A stretch of DNA of 64,000 nt. Source: Candidatus Latescibacterota bacterium. GTDB taxonomy: Bacteria > Latescibacterota > UBA2968 > GCA-2709665. Below, one piece after another: positions 40,334-48,585 of the stretch. Location of the stretch: contig OZ241917.1 of NCBI GenBank assembly GCA_965203805.1, positions 320,001-384,000 on the forward strand. Direction: 5' to 3'. The position numbers and the translations under genes were made by a program. Position 1 is the stretch's first letter. Each line of letters starts with the position of its first letter. The notes beneath the pieces are model-generated. The model was not told the DNA's origin and did no database searches. It saw only the letters and a program-made list of their open reading frames with translations.

Positions 40334-40903
40334 TTATCGAGTTCTTACGGGCGGTTGTATAGGCGCTTGTTTTGGCAGGGTAGTTTCCTTTTCCAGACAG
40401 TATGACCTATTGAATTTGGTCCACTCATCAACAAATACACCTGTGTATTTGTCAACCATTCGTAAGACAAACTGGTTTCGAAATCCGTGTACACCTAACA
40501 CACCGATTCGCCAGGTGACGGCGTATTCCTCTTGTTCAGAATAGTTGTCGAGGACAACCTTCCGCAATTCAATCCCAAGACTGAAGGCGGTTCTGGATAC
40601 ATTAACAACTACATATAAGATTGGGTGAAAATCCCCACCTTGTTCAATCGTGAATTCTCTAGGTACGAGTAATTTGGCCGCACGAAGTTTATCTTCTACG
40701 ATTCTCACTATTTGATTTCTTGTCAATCTGATTCGTTCTGCAGAATTTGGTAATTCCTCAACTCTAAGGTGCACTCCAAGACACTTCGTATATAATTGAA
40801 ACTGCGCCATATCAGATTTGGCTTCGATGGATTGAAGCGATAAAAGAAAAAATAGGACAATCATTGCTTTTTTATCCTTGAAGAATTGATTGGATCTTTG
40901 CAA
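40334..40903 (-). CDS. Hypothetical secreted protein (AT-rich; start may be the ATG at 40864)
   Basis: 189-aa ORF with hydrophobic N-terminus (MIVLFFLLSLQSIEA), two Cys and visibly AT-rich codon usage. Confidence 0.6.
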   Translation of the reverse strand: MQRSNQFFKDKKAMIVLFFLLSLQSIEAKSDMAQFQLYTKCLGVHLRVEELPNSAERIRLTRNQIVRIVEDKLRAAKLLVPREFTIEQGGDFHPILYVVVNVSRTAFSLGIELRKVVLDNYSEQEEYAVTWRIGVLGVHGFRNQFVLRMVDKYTGVFVDEWTKFNRSYCLEKETTLPKQAPIQPPVRTR

Positions 40904-41020
40904 TAGAAAAAGCGTTTCGAGATAAGTCTTTAAACCGGACAGCTTCGGGCAGACTCGCCTGGGTCGGGCTCGAAACCGACCGCTACACCCGGGCGTTCGT
41001 GTCGCACCGAGGCACGCACA

Positions 41021-41250
41021 TCATGCTCCCGGACCGGGCGGCGGCTGTCGTGCGTCCTGCGCAAGCACGGCGGCTATCACGCTGTTCCTGTGGACATCTA
41101 TCCCGACGTACGCCTTGGTCTTTCTCTTCATAGGGTCGGTCTCCTCTTCCGGTTGCGTCTTCATCACGTCACACGTCGCTCTGGCGCCTCCGCCCACCGG
41201 GGCGATCACCCGCGGTAATACAGGGAAGGTCCGGCCCTACCATAGCTTCC
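41021..41250 (-). mobile_element. IS110-family remnant: truncated transposase N-terminus plus upstream non-coding end
   Basis: MKRKTKAYVGIDVHRNSVIAAVL (ATG at 41131, GAGGAG RBS) is the DEDD RuvC-like IS110 N-terminal YVGIDVH motif; frame ends after 36 aa. Confidence 0.7.
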
Positions 41251-41471
41251 AGGAAGGAGTCCGAGATGACGACCGACAAGCATCCACAACCGCCGAGCAG
41301 CCTGTCCGGGAACTTCCGCATTGCGGGCGCAGTTGCAGCTCGGCTTATCGTCCCGGTCCGGCCCACGCCGACACGCCAGCGTGGGTCTCCGCCGTGGCGC
41401 ACAACCCGGCTGTTGTCCAACGCCATTCGGCGAGCGTGGTCTCGGGACACGGAAAGCGGTATGGCTTAGGC

Positions 41472-44400
41472 TTACCGCCTTGGGTCCGCATCATCCGGGT
41501 CCTTGATGACGTCATCCGGGATGCCGCGACTGAAGAGGACCTCGAGGCCCTGCGGCGCCGAAATCGCGGCCAATGCGGCATGCTGTGCGACGGCAGCCCG
41601 CGGCAGGTCACGGAAAAAGCCCCGTACCCGTCTCGTCCGGACATCGCGCACGATGGCCATGGGGCGGTCGCTGTCCCCGTCCAGAGTATCGGAGCCGCCG
41701 GGACCAGAAAGCTCGATGCTGGCGACGTCGGCGTCCCACGCGGGGTCGATGGGCACGGAGAAGACGAAAGACCCTCTACCGTCACCATCGGCCGTCATTG
41801 GCACGTGGAAGCGCATTGCGAACAATACGCGCCCGTCGTCGGCACGCCCGGCGAGCTGGTGTTCTCCGGTTCCGTCAGAGCGCGGCAGCGCCGGCGGCGC
41901 CACGATGACGAAGGCAGGCTTCAGTCGGGGAACGCCATCCGCGTCGACGTCGCCCCACAGGAAGAGCGATCGTGACGGCGCCCCGACAACAGCAGTCGAG
42001 GCCTCTTCCTCACCTTCGACATTGAGGCGAAAGTGGCACGCCTTGGTAAAGAAGTAGCCTGCAATCGACACATTCTCGCAGTAACCCATGATATCTTTAC
42101 TGTTGGGCGGTACCAGCCTGCCTGCCTCGAAGTCGTAACCCCATACTCCGATAGTTCCGTCGGGCGTGGGATAGGCAGGGTCCGGGCCGCCCGCCCCGCC
42201 GCAGGGCGCGTGCGGCAAACTGAAACTGTGTCCGAACTCGTGCGCGATGACCCACGCATCGTTGATGGAAAAGCTACTCTTGCCACCGATGAAGGCAACA
42301 CCCTCAGGGCCGGTTACGTCTCCTGAGAGCATACCCATCCAGTATCCGGTCCCGCCCTCGATGACCCGAATCGCGCGGGTCTGGTCAAGCAAGTCATAGG
42401 CGTTGTTGCTCGAGCTCATTACCTTCTCGTGCGCGGTCAAGCCCAGTTCACCCACCGGGAGCAACGTACGGGTGGGATCCAGCATCTCGTGGCCCTTGGG
42501 ATCGGCGGACATTCCGCGGACCGCCTCGAGTACCGCAGCGTCCTGCTCCTCCGTCCACAGGAACGGCACAAGTGTGAGTTCAAAAAGGGGTATGGAACGC
42601 ACATCGACATCCATGCGGCCGGTCTCGGGGATGCGTGTGGCGACGCCCAAGCCGGGGTCCAGCGTCCCTTTCGGATCCACCTCGATCTCCATCTCGAGAC
42701 CGGGCTGAATCACATGTCCCGCGACCTCCGCGTTGGCCGACGTCGACAGACTGCTTTCGTCAATCCTGCTCGGAATCGGATCGGACTTGCCGGGGATGTA
42801 TTGCACGTGTGTCTCCCTGCCGTTGACGAAGAAACGGGCGCGCACTGCCGGAATGCTCTGGCCGGTGGCCTGATTCGCTGTTGGAAATACGCGCAGCAGG
42901 GCCTTCTCACCTGCGACCAGCGGCACCGGGAACTCACGCGCCTGGACGGCCTGGACGAGATACGCGATCGGGAGGTCGCCGCCGCAGGTGACCAACCGGC
43001 GAATCGGCACGCCTTTCAGCCAGCCGAGGAAGCCCGCGTCAGAAGGCGCGCACAGACCCGTGCCCTCGACCTGCAGCACCTCAAGATTCAAGAGATTCAT
43101 TAGGCTTAGTGGTAAGGCTCCGGACATGCCGGAATTCCTCTGAAGAGCGAACGTGCGCAGGCCCGTTAGGTCGCCCACCTTCGACGGGATAGTCCCCGTC
43201 AGTTCGTTTCCGCCAAGGTACAACGTTTCGAGGTAGGCGAGGTCGCCGAGCTCGGGTGGGATCGAGCCCGTGAGCCGATTCTCCGCGAGGTTCAGATCCA
43301 ACAGCACGTGGAGGTTGCCGAGCTCGGACGGGATCGGCCCCGTCAGTCTGTTCCTGCCGAGGTGCAGCCTCTCCAGGTTGATGAGGTCGCCGAGTTCGGG
43401 CGGGATCCGGCCCGAAAAGCCGTTGCTGCCAAGACTCAGGTTCATAAGCTCCGCGAGCTTGGAGAATTCGGGAGGAATCACGCCGGTCAGTTCGTTTCCA
43501 TTGAGAACGAAATCCTTGAGTTTGGCGAGGTTGGCCAGTTGCGGTGGGACGGTTCCGGCAAGGTCGTTTCCAGAGAGATTAAGGACCTCCAGATATGCCA
43601 ACCAGGCAAGTTCGAGCGGGATTGAGCCCTCGAGTTGGTTTGCGGATAGTTGCAGTAACCTCACTGTGCCTTGCTCGTCGGCTTCGACGCCGTACCATTC
43701 TCCGAGCGGTGCATCCGTCATCCAGTTCTCGCTGTGACGCCAGTACGCCCCGCCGGTCGCCACGTACAGAGCCTCGAGGATCTCACGTTCCGTCAGCGGT
43801 GGGCATTCGGCGCCCGTACCTTTGTGGGAACGGATCGAGCCCAGCCAGTCCCTGAAAAAAGCAGCGCTAGAGGCGCACAGGCTCGTACCCGAGTAGTGAA
43901 ACGTCCTGAGTGAGAGGTCGATCAGCGTTAGTGGGAGACGGCCTGTCAGGGCGCTGTTGTCGCCGAACCTCAACTCGGTCATGTCTGCCAATGCTCCCAG
44001 GTCTCGCGGTAGCCGTCCAGCCAGTCCGTTGCGCGTCAGGTCGAGGGCGGTTACTCTGCCAAGGGAATCGGCGGTGACACCGTGCCATGCCTCCACCGCC
44101 TCGTTGCCCGACCAGCCGGAGGATTCGGTCCATCCCGCCCCGCCGGTGCTTTCATACAACGCCTTCAGCGCCTCCACGTCGGCAGCGTTGCAGAAAGTAT
44201 CCCAATCTTTAAAGTCTCCGATTTTTCGCAGCCACGCGTCGAAAGCCGAAGTCCCGGGGACGCACAACCTGTCGTTTCCCTCGACGTGAAGCCTAAGAAG
44301 CTCGTCAATTTGCAGGAAGCTCTGCGGGATCGCGCCTGAAAGATCGTTGCCGCTGAGGAATAAGGATTCCAGGCTGGAAAGCATGCCTAGTTCCGATGGG

Positions 44401-45152
44401 ATGGGACCCGAAAGATTGTTGTCGCTGAGGTATAGGTATCTGAGATTGGAAAGCCTGCCGAATTCAGGAGGGATCGGACCCGAAAGATCGTTGCCACTCA
44501 GGTCTAAGTGTTCCAATCTGGCAAGTCTGTCCAATTCAGGAGGGATGGGACCCGAAAGATTGTTGCCACCGAGGTCTAAGGATCTCAATCTGGCAAGCCT
44601 GCCGAGTTCAGGAGGGATCGAACCCTTCAAGCCATGAGGTCTCAGATCTTCTGCTTCGCTGTCATAGACCGCACGGAGTTCAAGGCCCTCAACGCGTCCC
44701 GAGTAGTCCTCGATGTAGACGCCGGTCCACTCACCCAGAGGTGCGTCGCTCAGCCAGTTTTCGCTGTTGACCCAATTCGGGCCGTCCGTCGCATGGTATA
44801 ACGCCATCAGTACTGCACGGTCGTCTGACGGCACGTCTTTGCCGAAGTGCTGCGCGAAATCCACAAAGTCAGCGAACCCGATAGCACCGTCGCCGTTCAG
44901 ATCGTACTGCGGGTCAAATTCGTTATCGCCCTGGCTGAAGCCGAACTTCGCTGAAAACATCACGAAATCGGCAAATCCGACCGTGCCGTCGCCGTCGAAA
45001 TCCGGAAGGGGTGTAACGTGGCCATGGGCGTTTGCCGTGACGGCATCGGATGCCGCGGTTACCTCGCCGGTCGCGGATCCCACGGCGCCGTGACATAACA
45101 ATGCCAGGAGCACGAAAACGGTAATAAACAGCAGTCGTGTGTGTGATCCCAT
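41472..45152 (-). CDS. Secreted dockerin/EF-hand + plant-type leucine-rich-repeat + HExxH metallopeptidase (M66-like) protein
   Basis: Signal peptide; DFDGDGTVGFADF x2; three LRR blocks each capped by L.ALY.AT.G..W; LxGxIPPELGxLxxL repeats; AHEFGHSFSLPHAPCGG. Confidence 0.85.
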   Translation of the reverse strand: MGSHTRLLFITVFVLLALLCHGAVGSATGEVTAASDAVTANAHGHVTPLPDFDGDGTVGFADFVMFSAKFGFSQGDNEFDPQYDLNGDGAIGFADFVDFAQHFGKDVPSDDRAVLMALYHATDGPNWVNSENWLSDAPLGEWTGVYIEDYSGRVEGLELRAVYDSEAEDLRPHGLKGSIPPELGRLARLRSLDLGGNNLSGPIPPELDRLARLEHLDLSGNDLSGPIPPEFGRLSNLRYLYLSDNNLSGPIPSELGMLSSLESLFLSGNDLSGAIPQSFLQIDELLRLHVEGNDRLCVPGTSAFDAWLRKIGDFKDWDTFCNAADVEALKALYESTGGAGWTESSGWSGNEAVEAWHGVTADSLGRVTALDLTRNGLAGRLPRDLGALADMTELRFGDNSALTGRLPLTLIDLSLRTFHYSGTSLCASSAAFFRDWLGSIRSHKGTGAECPPLTEREILEALYVATGGAYWRHSENWMTDAPLGEWYGVEADEQGTVRLLQLSANQLEGSIPLELAWLAYLEVLNLSGNDLAGTVPPQLANLAKLKDFVLNGNELTGVIPPEFSKLAELMNLSLGSNGFSGRIPPELGDLINLERLHLGRNRLTGPIPSELGNLHVLLDLNLAENRLTGSIPPELGDLAYLETLYLGGNELTGTIPSKVGDLTGLRTFALQRNSGMSGALPLSLMNLLNLEVLQVEGTGLCAPSDAGFLGWLKGVPIRRLVTCGGDLPIAYLVQAVQAREFPVPLVAGEKALLRVFPTANQATGQSIPAVRARFFVNGRETHVQYIPGKSDPIPSRIDESSLSTSANAEVAGHVIQPGLEMEIEVDPKGTLDPGLGVATRIPETGRMDVDVRSIPLFELTLVPFLWTEEQDAAVLEAVRGMSADPKGHEMLDPTRTLLPVGELGLTAHEKVMSSSNNAYDLLDQTRAIRVIEGGTGYWMGMLSGDVTGPEGVAFIGGKSSFSINDAWVIAHEFGHSFSLPHAPCGGAGGPDPAYPTPDGTIGVWGYDFEAGRLVPPNSKDIMGYCENVSIAGYFFTKACHFRLNVEGEEEASTAVVGAPSRSLFLWGDVDADGVPRLKPAFVIVAPPALPRSDGTGEHQLAGRADDGRVLFAMRFHVPMTADGDGRGSFVFSVPIDPAWDADVASIELSGPGGSDTLDGDSDRPMAIVRDVRTRRVRGFFRDLPRAAVAQHAALAAISAPQGLEVLFSRGIPDDVIKDPDDADPRR
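44345..44625. repeat. 72-bp tandem repeats encoding LRR units
   Basis: TCAGGAGGGAT..GACCCGAAAGAT.GTTG..TCTAAG..AATCTGGCAAG recurs with 72-bp periodicity. Confidence 0.8.
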
Positions 45153-45373
45153 CTCGGTACTTGTTTCTTCGCTGCCGATCCTTTTGCAGTCGTTGTCTTG
45201 GCAACACCCTCAAGTCTTCCATGTATAGCGAAAAAACACCGTCCGGGGTAGCATATTTTATCTGAAGCCCGTGGGTCTTCCTTCACGTGTTGAACAGGCA
45301 GGTAGCGACTTCATTTCCCAGACGATATTACTCGTTGAGCGTAGTTGGCACTAAACAAAAAACAGGAGGTTCT

Positions 45374-45505
45374 ATGACTATTTCACTGGAAATGATCGAA
45401 CGAGTGGTCAAAGGAGATGACTCGAAGAAGGTCGTAAAGGCGTTCTTGGGAGGTTCTCAAGAAAAGGTAGCACCTATAGACTTCTTAAGGTGGGCATGCC
45501 TATAG
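45374..45505 (+). pseudogene. Small ORF, probably truncated by the IS630 insertion
   Basis: AGGAGG RBS, ATG at 45374; MTISLEMIERVVKGDDSKKVVKAFLGGSQEKV then runs into the putative IS left end. Confidence 0.35.
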
Positions 45506-46026
45506 TATGCTGTCTCCCCTTAAGAGGAAGGAGCCATGGGCATGCCGAAGAAATACATTGTGCGTCTGACGCCCGAAGAACGCGAGCGTCTGCAGGATCT
45601 GGTAAGCAAAGGCAAGACGCAAGCCTACCGAATAAGACACGCCCATGTGCTTCTCAAGGCCGATGCAGAGGGTCCGGCGTGGCTGGATCGACAGATCACG
45701 GAGGCCTTTTCGCGCAATCGGTCAACGGTTGAGGGCATCCGTAAGCGTTTTGTGATGGAGGGCCTGGATTCAGCCCTCGAGCTAAAGAAGCGCGCGCATC
45801 CTCCCACACCAAGAAAGCTGGATTGTGCCAAGGAAGCCCGTTTGATCGCGTTGGCTTGCAGTGACCCTCCAAAGGGACGTAAGCGGTGGACGCTGAAGCT
45901 GTTGGCCGATGAACTGGTGGCTTTAGAGATCGTCGATAGCATTTCATACCGAACGGTGCAACGGACGCGTAAAAAAACAAACTTAAGCCTCACCTGCTAC
46001 GAGGCGCTTTAGCCGTCAATGGGTAG
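45470..46026 (+). mobile_element. Internally deleted IS630-family element
   Basis: Flanking TA at 45468-69 and 46027-28; imperfect IR GCACCTATAGAC / GTCAATGGGTAG; OrfA intact, DDE OrfB missing. Confidence 0.65.
45536..46012 (+). CDS. IS630 transposase OrfA (HTH part only)
   Basis: KKYIVRLTPEER, RHAHVLLKAD, EARLIALACSDPPKGRKRWTLKLLA; AAAAAAAC slippery site gives KKNKLKPHL in the -1 frame. Confidence 0.85.
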   Translation: MGMPKKYIVRLTPEERERLQDLVSKGKTQAYRIRHAHVLLKADAEGPAWLDRQITEAFSRNRSTVEGIRKRFVMEGLDSALELKKRAHPPTPRKLDCAKEARLIALACSDPPKGRKRWTLKLLADELVALEIVDSISYRTVQRTRKKTNLSLTCYEAL

Positions 46027-46083
46027 TAGATGCGGAACCGTGTCTCGAAAACAGTCAAAAGAGGTCGTTTATTCCGGGCTCTG

Positions 46084-46112
46084 TTGACAACCCGGTGAAT
46101 CGAGAGTATATT
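46084..46112 (+). promoter_or_regulatory. Sigma70 promoter for ssb
   Basis: TTGACA-17 nt-TATATT. Confidence 0.75.
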
Positions 46113-46185
46113 CGATTGAACGCTATTTCGCCAGGGATTGTGCCATCGTCCATAACAGATTGGTTTTATTTAAAGGAGATTAGCC

Positions 46186-46689
46186 ATGGCACGTGGTGGA
46201 GTGAACAAGGTGATCCTCATTGGCAATATCGGGGCGGATCCGGAGCTGCGATACACGCCGAACGGGTCGGCGGTGTCGAACTTCAACATCGCGACAAACG
46301 AGAGTTGGAACGATAAATCCGGCGAGCGCCAGGAACGTACCGAGTGGCACCGGATCGTCGTATGGGGCAGGCTGGCGGAAATCTGCAATCAGTACCTGCG
46401 GAAGGGCAGCAAAGTTTTCATTGAGGGGCGCCTGCAGACCCGTAGCTGGGAAGGACAGGACGGGCAGAAGCGCTATACGACCGAGGTGGTTGCCAGAGAT
46501 ATGCAGATGCTGGACTCCCGGGACGATCCCGATGCCGGTGGCGGTTTTTCCCAGGGGCAGCGTCCCCCGGCGGACGAAGCTTCCGGCAATCGGCAGGGTT
46601 CCGCCGAAACGGGCGGCGGTCCGGACGCGGGACAGGGCGGGTCGGGCCCGCCGGCCTACGGCGGCGCCGACGACGATCTCCCGTTCTGA
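46186..46689 (+). CDS. ssb: Single-stranded DNA-binding protein
   Basis: [33 protein letters not shown]; C-terminal DDDLPF. Confidence 0.97.
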   Translation: MARGGVNKVILIGNIGADPELRYTPNGSAVSNFNIATNESWNDKSGERQERTEWHRIVVWGRLAEICNQYLRKGSKVFIEGRLQTRSWEGQDGQKRYTTEVVARDMQMLDSRDDPDAGGGFSQGQRPPADEASGNRQGSAETGGGPDAGQGGSGPPAYGGADDDLPF

Positions 46690-46867
46690 ACGCGGAGGTC
46701 TCCGGCATCGCGAGAGCGTCTGGCAACTTTCGAAATTGCAGGGCTGCGAATTCTTTTTGCAGCCCCATGCTTTGTACGTAAATTGAAACCGTTCGCGCGG
46801 CCGGGATGAGTCCCGCATCCGCCTGCCGAACGAACATCCGGCAGTTCCGGGTCGACTAAGGTCTGGT

Positions 46868-47470
46868 ATGTTGAAGCTGATTGCTTTTTTTTCAGGCGCC
46901 GCGTTGATGGGGCTTGAAATCGTTGGGAGCCGGGTACTTGCGCCGTATTTCGGCAGTTCCGTTTTCGTCTGGGGCAGCCTGATCGCGGTGGTCCTGGCCG
47001 CGCTGAGTCTGGGCGCGTATTCCGGGGGCAGGCTTGCGGACAGGATGCCTTCAGGCCCGCCGCTCGCCGCGTTGCTGGGGCTCGCGGGCGTGACGGCGTT
47101 GTGCCTGCCCTGGGTGGCGGGGGCGGTGAATCGCGCCGTTTTTGTCATGGATGCGGGTCCGCGGGGCGGGCCGCTGCTGGCGTCGATCCTGCTGTTTGCG
47201 ATACCGGGTGTGGCGCTGGGAGCCGTCACGCCCTTTATCGTCCGGATGCTCGCGGATCGGGTCGACAGGGTCGGCGGCGTCGCGGGCACGGTATCCGCGT
47301 TGTCCGCGGCGGGGAGCATCGCCGGGACGCTGGGTACGGCGTTCTATCTGATTCCCGCGATGGGGGTACGGCACATACTCCACCTGATCGGAGCCGTACT
47401 CCTGGTGCTGGCGGCGATGGCGATGTGGGGTACGCACAAGTGCGCGGTATCGCTCGAAGACCGATCGTAA
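46868..47470 (+). CDS. Membrane module of fused MFS/spermidine synthase family (split)
   Basis: FFSGAALMGLEIVGSRVLAPYFGSSVFVWGSLI and GSIAGTLGTAFYLIP; about 6 TM helices. Confidence 0.8.
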   Translation: MLKLIAFFSGAALMGLEIVGSRVLAPYFGSSVFVWGSLIAVVLAALSLGAYSGGRLADRMPSGPPLAALLGLAGVTALCLPWVAGAVNRAVFVMDAGPRGGPLLASILLFAIPGVALGAVTPFIVRMLADRVDRVGGVAGTVSALSAAGSIAGTLGTAFYLIPAMGVRHILHLIGAVLLVLAAMAMWGTHKCAVSLEDRS

Positions 47471-47594
47471 CAAAGCGCACGCGGCGGACGAGACGAGAGA
47501 GAGTATGAAATTCATTCGCGCATTGTCGAAAGCGCAGGACAGGGCGGGATGCGCCGCCTCGTATGACACGCCGGGTGTACCCGATCATCGACCA

Positions 47595-48524
47595 GTGATC
47601 AAGCGGTTCCCGTGCGGCGTTCTGGCTCTGGTCTGTTCGGTTTTTCCCCTCGCGGCATGCGACGTCCGGCCGGAAATCCCGGAGCAGGAAAAGCTGGTCT
47701 ACGTCCACGACTCACTGTACAATCACATCGTGGTTTCCGAAGACGTCGAAGCCCGCTACCTCAGGTTCGGTTACGGCGCGAAACAGAGCGCGATGACGCT
47801 CGGAGACCCGACTGCGCTTCGCGTTCCGTACACGGCGTGCCTTGCGCTGGGGATGGCATTTACACATCCGGAGCGTGTGCTGATGATCGGACTCGCGGGG
47901 GGATCGGTCGCACGATTTATACGGTACGCCCGTCCGGAGGTCACGGTGGACGTGGTCGAACTGGACCCCCACGTGGTTGGCGTGGCCAGGCGTTTTTTTG
48001 GCGTCGAAGCCGACGCCGCTCTCAGAATCCACGTGGACGACGGGCGGATGTTCGTGAAACGGACGGGCGAACGTTACGACTGGATCGTACTGGACGCGTT
48101 TCATGCGGACTCCATGCCGCACCATATGGCAACGGAGGAATTCTTCAGGGAGGTGAAGGGAATCCTCGCGCCTCGCGGCGTTGTGACCATGAATGTGGCG
48201 CCGCTCGGGCCGGGTGTCCTGTACCTCTCGGTAATACGGACGCTGGCCCGCGTTTTTCCACAGGTTTACCTGTTTCAGGTGCCGGAGCGGAGCAACATTG
48301 TGGCCGTCGCCACGCTGGATGCAAACAGGCGTGACGGAATTGAGATCGCACGGGCGATACGTGACTTGAAATCGGAAATCGGCGACGCGTTGGAACTGCT
48401 GATCCCGATGACGCCTTTCGGCGAGCGCAAGCCCGTGGTCCGGGGCGCGCCTGCGCTGACGGACGACTATGCGCCTGTCGACTGGCTGCGATTCTGGCGG
48501 GCGCCCGGGGCAAGTATAAGGTAA
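47595..48524 (+). CDS. Spermidine synthase-like class I SAM-fold protein (start uncertain: 47505 or 47595)
   Basis: DSLYNHIVV, LMIGLAGGS, VELDPHV, DDGRMF, LDAF and LTDDYAPVD motifs. Confidence 0.8.
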   Translation: MIKRFPCGVLALVCSVFPLAACDVRPEIPEQEKLVYVHDSLYNHIVVSEDVEARYLRFGYGAKQSAMTLGDPTALRVPYTACLALGMAFTHPERVLMIGLAGGSVARFIRYARPEVTVDVVELDPHVVGVARRFFGVEADAALRIHVDDGRMFVKRTGERYDWIVLDAFHADSMPHHMATEEFFREVKGILAPRGVVTMNVAPLGPGVLYLSVIRTLARVFPQVYLFQVPERSNIVAVATLDANRRDGIEIARAIRDLKSEIGDALELLIPMTPFGERKPVVRGAPALTDDYAPVDWLRFWRAPGASIR

Positions 48525-48585
48525 ACGCGGCATCGGGCCGTGGCTCGGTACACGGCCCGGCAGCCCAATTGGAAGGAGCTATCGG

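Noticed and set aside
41266-41469. 67-aa ORF with a good RBS next to the IS110 end
   Set aside because: No recognisable domain; may be a remnant, but not supportable as a gene from sequence alone.
44345-44625. 72-bp periodic repeats as a CRISPR array
   Set aside because: The repeats are in-frame LRR codons with no unique spacers, and there are no cas genes.
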